Part shown: piece by piece, positions 54,001-57,990 of the stretch
How the letters are laid out: every line of letters starts with the position of its first letter
Numbering within the stretch: the first letter of the stretch is position 1
Source: a virus
Virus record (IMG/VR): IMGVR_UViG_3300021513_000001
Span: 50,333 to 114,332 of that record
Reading direction: 5' to 3' (one strand)
Length of the DNA: 64,000 nucleotides
Notes under the pieces: generated by a model
What the model was told of the DNA's origin: nothing
Seen by the model: the letters and a program-made list of their open reading frames with translations, nothing else
Database searches by the model: none
Program-made: the position numbers and the translations under genes

Positions 54001-55728
54001 AATTTCACCACCAGCAGCTCCTGTCAATACAGGAACATTCAACTTTGAAGACTTGCCCTGATACCAAGAAAGCAGGGGTAAATCTTCTTCTACCAACTCC
54101 TGTTCAGTAAAAGGTTCTCTAACCCGCTTATTAAATGTCTTTACTGACTGTGTGCTTTCAGTTAAACCTTCACCTAAACTTTTAACAGTAGTTCTTAAAG
54201 GAGATGTTATACCAACAGATTCTTTAGTTAAAGTATCAAATAATCTATCATATATACTCGTTTTACTAAATTTACCCATAGCCACAAGAACATCATCAAA
54301 TCCTATTGCAGCTTTTTTAGCTTTATTTGCCAAATCATCTAAATATTTTAACTGCCCAACTTTGCTTTTTGGTATTTGCTGCGTTGGTTCTCTGCCATAC
54401 TTTGCAGACAATGTAGTTCTATAAGCATTTATTAATTCAAGTCTTCCTTTTTTATCTGTTTTCATTACATCCATAATACTAGATGCATGCTCAGCAAGAG
54501 CTGCTTTTTGATCTTCAACAATCATTTTTGGTAATTCAGGACTGATCTTTTGAACTTTTTGCGCAAGTGCTTTTTTACTCTCAATTTCTTTTCCACCAGT
54601 GCTTATTATATTTTCAGCCATCTTTTGAGCAACCATAATACCAGGAGTAAAACGATATTCTTGAGCTAAAGCCCTATACCTACCAGAAGGCATCTGCATA
54701 GCAGGCATACCTTGTGGTCCTTTTTGTGGACGTGGTATTTCTATTTCTTTAATTGCAGCTCCAATACGCTCATAAACACGAGAACGGCCCGCAGTCTCAC
54801 TTAATAAATCCATAAGACGTTCTTGAGAAACTGCTCCTCTTTTAGCGCCCTCTTCTCTTACAACTAAAGCTTTTCTTATCTGCTGTTCTGTTACACCTAA
54901 ACCTCTTGCTTGTTGTTTCTGTACTATCTGCTGTATACCCTTGTTTAGACCTTCATACCCGTGTTTGTTTATATATTCAGTAATCTTCGCTATTGATCGT
55001 TGTGTTCGTTCTGTTTTAGTTTTACCAAACTCACCAGAAAACTCCTCCATAGTAGCCCTACTAGCTTTAGTAACTAAAGCCTCTGCTCCTTTCTCTTTAG
55101 CCAGTTTAAGAGCCGCCTCCTCTGTAGTATTCGTTAACATTTTTAAGGCATTAACAAGAATACCAATATCAGCAATCTTTAAAACATCAACACCTCCACG
55201 TTTAGTATATTGTGCAGAACCCTTTCCAATAATCTGAAAAGATTCCCCATAAGCACTTACAAGTTGGGACTTTACTGTTTTTGCAAACTTAACCTTAAAT
55301 GATTCATAATCTTTCCTAATTTGATTCATCAAAACATCAGACGAATCAATAAGACTCTTTTTCTCTGCTACTTGTGTTACTGCAGGTATTATAGATCGTT
55401 CTTTTTTATACGGTAATACTTCTTTTGCTGGGGTTGTTACTATTCTTTTTTCTTTAGGTTGTTGTGTGATTACTTTAGATATCTCAGGACCAATATTTTT
55501 TACTGCTCCTGTTAATGCCCTATTTAAAGCTATCTCAAGTTCCTTTGCAATAGTAACTACCTGTTCTGAACTAGATGTTTTTAACTCACCTATTAAACGT
55601 GATATCTCAGCACTTTTCGATATTACTCCAGGGGATTCTATCTCTTTTGCTGCTTTAGTAGCAATTTCTCGTTCAGCAACATCAGTAATCTGCTTTATAT
55701 TTATAGAATATCTGTATTCTTCAGCCAC
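39037..55728 (-). CDS. Tape measure protein fused to an N-terminal two-barrel RNA polymerase (5,563 aa)
   Basis: Canonical tape measure position after tube and chaperones. TP901-type core at about aa 3218-3560 (AETGLVNLKKVM...FAQQG...LAANV...LTSATRQF...NKFAITAKDLADG...IGEATRQTGKEVGTSLKFIFSRM). Helical E/K/A-rich. Colinear RNAP motifs at about aa 714-1925. GTG start with AGGTG upstream. Confidence 0.9.
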   Translation of the reverse strand: MAEEYRYSINIKQITDVAEREIATKAAKEIESPGVISKSAEISRLIGELKTSSSEQVVTIAKELEIALNRALTGAVKNIGPEISKVITQQPKEKRIVTTPAKEVLPYKKERSIIPAVTQVAEKKSLIDSSDVLMNQIRKDYESFKVKFAKTVKSQLVSAYGESFQIIGKGSAQYTKRGGVDVLKIADIGILVNALKMLTNTTEEAALKLAKEKGAEALVTKASRATMEEFSGEFGKTKTERTQRSIAKITEYINKHGYEGLNKGIQQIVQKQQARGLGVTEQQIRKALVVREEGAKRGAVSQERLMDLLSETAGRSRVYERIGAAIKEIEIPRPQKGPQGMPAMQMPSGRYRALAQEYRFTPGIMVAQKMAENIISTGGKEIESKKALAQKVQKISPELPKMIVEDQKAALAEHASSIMDVMKTDKKGRLELINAYRTTLSAKYGREPTQQIPKSKVGQLKYLDDLANKAKKAAIGFDDVLVAMGKFSKTSIYDRLFDTLTKESVGITSPLRTTVKSLGEGLTESTQSVKTFNKRVREPFTEQELVEEDLPLLSWYQGKSSKLNVPVLTGAAGGEIVAGELQRKQLVAHNREIEKYLALSGKQFRLSSQGVGESRSVKLASDVTDPFRMRMNVFAGNIREYIPLGEWSNFARTLAPTYHALGGGKALGGKVIGELETPLLQSIRGRAAEKEGLWGEGGYGLNLQTVIKDSAGTFEDQIEIAGKAVNRFAKYIKPMIKDVSGVEGAELVAKDIVSKYAPDIGKTFGIGGVGEGETGREMVSEISKVLTSAGGESLEAVAVKIVERLFTALGTKMTTHYGSKGVVKFGKGEEGELGYVEQATSYHKLIQKMLETKKGVSRQTDKEIDKLITDLDELGTMPFVEFMHKDLSKEVQSKCEKIRNAVSKILDIDIRVATPESIEKGRKKAKQILGAGALTEKIATEVRMSLTGATKRLNLAEPLEVVINNIAGNVKGAIAPKLTPEQLTSTGEVSKYLQAMGYGWGPEEKFAIEERTLPMYSGKGAGGVIAGQKFWRYTREPSRYEEWSQKQIERRIKGQKLNVAAMAALMSTFGEGSAVVQETLGGYKPDTGAALENIFALKTLEEEPVKTKAPYISTKGIRELPGVISKYKDLRDTVLDIEKFGAGGFVKVPEFEEGKEIGRRPLYIPSRKSLGAYAEEGGAVSANKLAVLYNSLLSNVEDYEKIKKTKYLKGEKANVDVLRRNVKDQIGETSSVFRNVVSKAFKQPSAVSDEDLKNLIAYFEKIKIILKEASAVGDVGLGAMKTPVRSLLNKIGSGISLLEKASKAGKGLGKKEARSIVGLLMNVKDNMLEPKIDVGQIESFERDLERMKAGKPFTELESYFYYKKRSREKPDIGEKGFEEETPKAREWITNALKRGIDIYSAGVEKPGLLSVSEGALGVAAKQFGVTTDVKEQALEEKIRLIERDKQRLKKALIESTIGKGKGVESFQTRVMPAVRGTLSAAINSKVEDFKEAAEIINRLSEKGVLGDPNKAKSLGNTLVNSIITQTEKHEKAVEAEKKAGAVVLREGEVGIPAAKMEKLTGDYGKAGKTLLDAVREGQNVPVMTTRFPMTGIASHQFGIAKELVHPRARDVIAIPGGVAPGVDIEEMKRIKEKLELRQASLRKERSELPIAEKGTAKAKELDAQRAELTKNIMELSKAIDLLTVKFAGYAQNADLDGDEINVHAAKTKKARKEIEAQYQAARKGVYGKVGTLDPRAFINQMMNYKEVGLTGSMAELADLYTSRAGIPGAKIFKTPDITEEMKHLTTPDVLEGLKNLGITVGHLSKIAEKKGIVDAEGIETFSRKMLYEKVRAKQYENLYVKTGLGESTEAISRLARIIETSIGFGDRQVTKSEYAAWKPESVALGAVYGKGGELVQKAVPAREMQTMMNALLEQVINASMSAKHGGKAIFQEVTQGMASGTLFATMQKEPERFKGILKANEIIKTTIKDRLDALNSEDFLSEVRRMSPETAKGKTDKELLMVRKDITEAYADQFSFKGFLSATAKDIQNQVLKTAKTPKQKAMIEEQIASGELDLGRYFSQMQPLYSLRTSTASVEKFAKQVEKGKTTLDKAIIRVLEIIKQTGSGVSVSDVMMQDAFKDMFAMFNRMEKFGVNLGKIFKSLTTAKQKRRGVAVLEEKLGVPRLTTKEKEMIMAEGAAKFKKERPKAKEEEIEKFQQEYLFQHRKKAIEQYVKSAEYKKDLMFSISPIVGEQYKKQVAEEEEYAAFTKKKKGRAKKRAEEYVQQFMFPGYSIGTAPPPLKVAEKPLTDVKTKYEQARLFVKEKPKKIPPRGPLMLPLGYGYVSEEDVPDIPEKTVLKREALVRERGKIEVLTAGKKAETKIDRAREILEGGVKGIDYAAFGDLSAVKAVNMLKEYNEALNFLLGGAKSLTNIQIAKIQEALTFIKQNMSVMTAVPGGTELGVEAKKAVKAYKVLEKEGLADFAARVGISLGGVPPAGVPPGGAPPGNIPPGGVPPGGGKPKYKSKLEALMNLIAAAEKRTGFTQEGLPEPTLNVLEAVRAKEISPLVAPEILKASMKGVSFPKQQTVWAQYHLERARAEADIAQQAEEAGDIYGREKAIGKAGAVILRSYGKKTTPFLKRAESGRVLGYADEAAVEQLGLYRVPHERERVLKAIEVQSATAGKAVAPVLMGAGRMEERLKTMWAEIRRFNPELAKSGKAFNFEKAKADLAIIKEELKAFRIHGMFSPEEYSDLEHAVRQVTKMEKAVQETHAAALPTLVLPGLETRETAEAAAEALLQKHEKEMLAEKGLVVGTKRKVAFKIPTEEGLVEKRTVTLVARGAKEGLYAPGVVGGIERIEEKPTVEKEEVISRRAVRLIKEFESSTKNVNEKIKDVWLGIKRFDDVAGTVNFDEALKDLADMQMILNEMIKTPGISSEKFVEFSQLKRKIGTAIRTVAETAPEALPGIIMKGMETPESAEAAFRKQVELEKAAMWEDASLAVGKTMKVAATVPLTTGVVQRRQVQLKAVGEGGVVTGIEEQESKAAKEYARELEKNKKTRASTLVSKFMEGTGDVNKRISDMLLGVKQFDVGLVKAGKHTEAINFDNAENDLVEIIALLKEAQNGAVILSEEERAAYKQAQLAAQGMYQKVVKTPIAARKGITMGGYETPESSLAAFRSRIEEGKEELKRANQIGKSMLIKGKLLTESGEEVAITKRLTARGKYFGLAGPVTKVSEREEVGGGQIGSVLRRVSLWGAASGVVYGIIGGARQMIEVMKQAETGLVNLKKVMSPITTNFDNMRNSAVRFAKDYGAELIGVFETMRIFAQQGLPQEQVKEMARVSTLAANVTTMKPAEAAEALTSATRQFNIEGEKSISILDSWNEVENKFAITAKDLADGFKKAGTAAKVMGIGVHKLNGIITAIGEATRQTGKEVGTSLKFIFSRMGTQKAPKALTAIGVKTIEGGRLRRGSDVLDDLAKKWVGLTRAQKLATAQAMGGIRHYNALMVLMEHYDRALAASAVSINSVGSAEKENKLVMETLAKKSAQLKASFNALAISASGPILTGLKALTDSLKAVTEAIAGIHGGALATIGTSAYLGATALGKYFDLSMFGLLGPSIGGAKRKRRTPRELVGALFGGKQEKGREVFEKVRQMSPKALLPKVGTRVSGIGRGLVSGASFAFSGAMIEKSVKSMSSLVKATGKASLSVLGLVTSLGALGTFISVIASLGVGMYLFNKAVTKTFASAEDRTKDYKKALDVVEEKIKSISNVKMIRSRVEIRGGRIKALEELTEEQIASQVKGRSYKSPLLMKKEQIESIREYATAVVSLTSEGFIGFDKFGKSIVSSTDKLDSVIAKLEEIAANARINLKLHIEKEELDDLMKAVKIKGFWKKLQYMFREGIGNLGEMTGFKSLEKYADKRRTLFERMIRSSEKINKMRYEAGQKGEIIRAPLTRLKEINPEEYSRQEDRFKRWSALQKEHLNIMTEFNDKFLEIKRDFFTMAGPGMTPELAGKAAFGATGRALAELEQQKNKQFYKGISVEDIQASFAQRLSGVNIRASAELTKQAAMEQGIPFRGVSTEEERRNVLEEAIAKDVFMFKKGSGYLGDMVSVFEKGVGDASEKWVKYSVEVSKNQEKGLKFVTDTLENFKKTAVISDKFIGVINAVGMLTDVEVRLRKISRYFVGAEAGMYKPIKEGKLELGSMYRYQIKTPILIQNNAYKVFSKETMGFINEYVKRQEEVRKAQKAALAVNEKHGDVAEETSKNISELINSLTGLSNVAIQDARVIMNLKKALEQIDVTYEKQELVQKFRTRTMKRLTGPLAGMELIPTPKINMRKMSELPIAERAFIIPEYAKKAKEYNVKELEYMKYVKRGEKIVTAEVDLKYIKDLSKQKGFDKKEFAAVSENILKTGELSTAVLLTETQKQTKLEQKTANTLGDIKTILESNKPTGLTALSQAMKETGEINRDIAVRGASLKVKADIGRFISNRDIKGTKEYLAALKETLGEKEGNKLFIRAVTELGSSIPGIGDLVTAAQQSSKYKELSPNDVSAIYEQATSKEALTLVKSTKKSPAEVQESLKNSESLIDFTKVLLPSIMIPSPAGLVTAVATAKNLPYNPTSTLTPEQEKIAGKEVSTMGFGVGIKNNEKIVRTFIDLLENRFEGLQEEKRQQKESKIETGVITNKIATPEKVMEEVLEKIGISANKNKEKIENLNDELINSGKSLENIINSFTLFTKVTDPLIKSVENLSFTFKNLDMQSAKSQKLIESRAKRLNVKGGPLYREALPIGVDVSTTARYSPHEILYNRDQEYRENTISYLKQLEKVKAVRSKTDIMAGIMGQVDFLKQQGISNERLNSMIEGALETGSVELGPVISVLNEIAKNTAKTAEGVERTSGKRSEFDVKSEEAVDKTTPGLEKLQKLYSQYQAKALVEEDKARKEAEKLRIPNIRQQTRMDIAAGRGKSLDQITREENELRATLGRVPSEIKERNRKLLEVYEAEKEARATFELEKRKILEPLQQSVSGMKSIIDSIKTGLSGIESARNIRPLEIDFSKWAKRQGTSELSQERVADRRMQFDLAKNLYSQNLSLRAQGVDTGIDPKELYNIMERASRGEDITKYGGSFGTFIGRGGPLEAIQKNLSVAVEAKEKRIRDVQAEEYATAIRGAISPSNDRLDSIKNNIGKLIISGENVGASIIDAINRSENVKSQPIIVDKRDKVGASYERPLLTEGQKKYKSFFETTGITVRYPGQEFSQEENRRQIKESLEKKGMFVTYPEQEKNVTFLPSVLEAGKEIATKRDKIKEFAVKPKAQLDSQKNIEVKQSDEILKKNKKLNIEVSNLKDEIEVLKESVIDVNKLFVDLSDNLKNVNSVGEASKSSKDLIDDLGESASKTAISLDTLSTKINTIDVAKEESGPTAAAEKEVVEYISEEEALNLINNVKEELSESIDQLSNDSKTVAELVEKTRILSEDVEIIKNTVPVETEEIESTDFIAFKEEIVSCSETIKELKGLVEDLDTDVANNTASVLVMESGFELINKKLDDHDSALVQLQTNLGTMGAKFTNAINELREEVAEAKDLAWSARVFASQT
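46090..47710 (-). repeat. Three diverged internal protein repeats (about 175 aa each) in the tape measure polyprotein
   Basis: IRRF...FNFEKAKADL...GLETRETAEAA / IKRF...VNFDEALKDL...GMETPESAEAAF / VKQF...INFDNAENDL...GYETPESSLAAF. Confidence 0.8.
48235..48318 (-). repeat. Pro/Gly pentapeptide tandem repeat (about 5 x 15 nt), flexible linker
   Basis: GGVPP-AGVPP-GGAPP-GNIPP-GGVPP-GGG, a local GC-rich patch. Confidence 0.85.
49900..53650 (-). other. Two-barrel (double-psi beta-barrel) RNA polymerase core inside the tape measure ORF
   Basis: FED (aa 714-716), GTKMTTHYGSKGVV (810-823), KRLNLAEPLE (R952), GQKL (1054), GGAVSANKLAVLYNSLL, GKGKG...RVMPAVR (1469-1475), TTRFP (R1586), NADLDGDEINVH (1692-1703; nt 50620-50655). 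Confidence 0.85.
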
Positions 55729-55737
55729 CGACTACAC

Positions 55738-56757
55738 CTATCTTTTATTCCTTCTAATATTTAAATCAGTAGCGTTTTTATTTCTACGCGCTTCTTTTGG
55801 ATCATCATAATCAAGTTTATCATATAAATCATTAAATTGCGTTACAATTACCTCATCATTATCAAAAGCATTTGTACCCATCTTTTTTGACTTTGACACC
55901 AATCTATCTTGTTCTAAACTTTTATAATACTCTTGCATATAAGCATCTAATAAAACATCATTTTCTATCACATCGTCTGCCGGCCTGTCTTCAGGCAACA
56001 TTTCATAAATATTTTGATAAAAATTAGACCAATACATTAAAGCTATTTGATCTTTAGTATAATCATCTGGTTTTCTAGAAAAAAGAGGAAAAGAAGCCTT
56101 TACACTAGAAACATACCTAATTCTCCAGTCAGAGCTCCTAGCTAACTTGCGAAGAGTTTTTTCAGAAAATCCCACTAAAAATGTTAACACAATATTTACA
56201 ATTTTTGATCTAAAAGAAAAATTTTTTTCTGACTCAAAATCAGAATATCTATCCCACAGTCTATCAACACCAGATTCTTTATAGCAAGATGCCCAACATA
56301 AATAATTTATCTTTACCTCATTAGCTATATTTTCTGCTGAAAAAGAATAAAATCTATTAATTTTAGATCTCAATTCAAACAGCTCTGATTTTAATTTAAT
56401 TATATTTTCTTTAACTTTATTTTTTTTATCTTTAACAAAGCGCATCTTATCAAATAAAGCTTCTTGCCCCTCTATCCGCTTTATTAAATCTTGCTCATAC
56501 CTCTCATCCTTTTCTGTTACTAAACCACGTTTTCTTATTATTTTTTTAAGTTCATCTTTCGGTAATAAACCATTATCAATTGCTTCATTATAAGCAGATT
56601 CATACAAAAAATCAGAATATAGTCTATCAGCACAAAACGGATGAACTAAACATAAAACTATTTCCTCAGAATCAAAAAAAACCTTTGTATAATATTTAGC
56701 AGAAACAATAACATCAATAGCTGTAGATTCTCTAAGTTCATCTAAATTTATTGACAT
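55738..56757 (-). CDS. Tail assembly chaperone, long form (gpGT-like role), 339 aa
   Basis: Immediately upstream of the tape measure. Helical. N-terminal 200 aa paralogous to the 244-aa gene. Confidence 0.6.
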   Translation of the reverse strand: MSINLDELRESTAIDVIVSAKYYTKVFFDSEEIVLCLVHPFCADRLYSDFLYESAYNEAIDNGLLPKDELKKIIRKRGLVTEKDERYEQDLIKRIEGQEALFDKMRFVKDKKNKVKENIIKLKSELFELRSKINRFYSFSAENIANEVKINYLCWASCYKESGVDRLWDRYSDFESEKNFSFRSKIVNIVLTFLVGFSEKTLRKLARSSDWRIRYVSSVKASFPLFSRKPDDYTKDQIALMYWSNFYQNIYEMLPEDRPADDVIENDVLLDAYMQEYYKSLEQDRLVSKSKKMGTNAFDNDEVIVTQFNDLYDKLDYDDPKEARRNKNATDLNIRRNKR

Positions 56758-56758
56758 T

Positions 56759-57493
56759 TTATTTCTTTATTTTTTCATTTTTTGTTTTTTTCTTTACGGT
56801 TTTATTTTTTTCTGTTCCAACATCTTTATCAGATATTTGCTTCATTTTTTTATTTTCTTTATCTTCGTCAGAAACTTTATCAGTAGTTTCTTTTTCATTT
56901 TCTTCTTTTTTATTTTCAATATCTTTTAAAACCATAGCTTCAGGAACAGTATCTAAAAAATCAGAATCTAAACCCTGCAAATAAAGCATCACTTCAAATT
57001 TTGCACGTGTTTGTAAAACTTGATCTGTTTCATTAAGAAAAGCATCATAATCCTTCCAAACAAGCTCTCCGTTATCAGATACAACAATACAGCTTGTCAA
57101 AAACTCAAGCTTAGCATCGTCAGCAATCTGTTCACAGGTATTGCTCATAGGACCATTAAGCCTATGATTCCACTGAAAAATTTCGTTTCTAATGTTACCT
57201 GTTTCTTCAGCAGCTTTCTGCCTATCTTCATCAGAATCGGCTGAATACATTTTACTAATAGAAGCCTCTAACATGTCAGTCAACTCTTGAGAACGTTTAT
57301 CGTATTCTGGTCCAATAATTCCACGTTTTTTTAAGATGTCTCTCATTTCAGAAGCAGTATAAATACCTTCAACAAGAGATTTTGAATAGACTTTACTATA
57401 ATTCCAATCTGAGTTTCTTATATTTGATGCGGTTGGCTGATTAATATAATATACATTACCATCTACTGTAAAACTTCTTCTTTCTATATCCAT
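56759..57493 (-). CDS. Tail assembly chaperone, short form (gpG-like role), 244 aa
   Basis: Between the tube and tape measure genes. Strong AGGAGG RBS. RRSFTVDGNVYYINQPT N-terminus. Charged low-complexity tail. Confidence 0.6.
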   Translation of the reverse strand: MDIERRSFTVDGNVYYINQPTASNIRNSDWNYSKVYSKSLVEGIYTASEMRDILKKRGIIGPEYDKRSQELTDMLEASISKMYSADSDEDRQKAAEETGNIRNEIFQWNHRLNGPMSNTCEQIADDAKLEFLTSCIVVSDNGELVWKDYDAFLNETDQVLQTRAKFEVMLYLQGLDSDFLDTVPEAMVLKDIENKKEENEKETTDKVSDEDKENKKMKQISDKDVGTEKNKTVKKKTKNEKIKK

Positions 57494-57511
57494 TTTCTTC
57501 CTCCTATCCTA

Positions 57512-57555
57512 ACCAATGTTTTTTTGCTAACTTACGCTAACAAATACATTATTCC
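57512..57555 (-). mobile_element. Degenerate right-end remnant of the same IS607 element
   Basis: accaatgtttttttgctaacttacgctaacaaatacattattcc aligns with accgatgcttttttgttaacttacgttaacaaatgcaccactct. Confidence 0.7.
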
Positions 57556-57613
57556 ACAATTAATTAATTTTTCTAAGACATTTTTATTAGTCTTATTTTT
57601 AAAAATAGTAAAA

Positions 57614-57880
57614 TTAAATATTTCTTTTAAATTCTATAATATCTTCATTAAGACCTGTTTCTGGAGAAAAATTTACAATATAATTTTCATCTATATTTTT
57701 ACTAATCCCCCTAATAGCATTATTTCCAGCCCTTAACACTTTACTTCTAACAAGTTTATAAACTTGTTTCTCTGGCAAAGTAACTTCCACAAAATCTAAA
57801 CACTTCTCAAAAAGTTGTGTTATTTCTTTTGTTATTTCATTCTTTAATTTAATTTTACTCCTTTCCGAATATAAACTCAT
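57614..57880 (-). CDS. Hypothetical protein (88 aa)
   Basis: Strong AAGGAGGGTGA RBS. Helical. Confidence 0.75.
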   Translation of the reverse strand: MSLYSERSKIKLKNEITKEITQLFEKCLDFVEVTLPEKQVYKLVRSKVLRAGNNAIRGISKNIDENYIVNFSPETGLNEDIIEFKRNI

Positions 57881-57918
57881 AAATAAATCACCCTCCTTTC
57901 CTTATTTAAATCAAACAC

Positions 57919-57961
57919 AAAAAAGCACAAACCTAAGCGTAATAACCTAGATTTGTGCTTT
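57919..57961 (-). terminator. Intrinsic terminator after the major tail gene
   Basis: Minus strand GCACAAATCTAGG-TTATTACG-CTTAGGTTTGTGC-TTTTTT. Confidence 0.85.
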
Positions 57962-57990
57962 ATATTACCTTGTACTTATACTAACAAAAC

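Noticed and set aside
39242-55810. Many plus-strand ORFs (up to 330 aa at 46496..47488) opposite the tape measure gene
   Set aside because: Antisense shadows of an E/K/A-rich gene. They translate to S/F/L-rich sequence without recognisable motifs and oppose a uniformly minus-strand operon.
56755-56800. Programmed -1 frameshift between the two chaperone genes (A-rich runs)
   Set aside because: The downstream ORF is in the +1 frame and has a TAA at 56767-56769, after the A runs.
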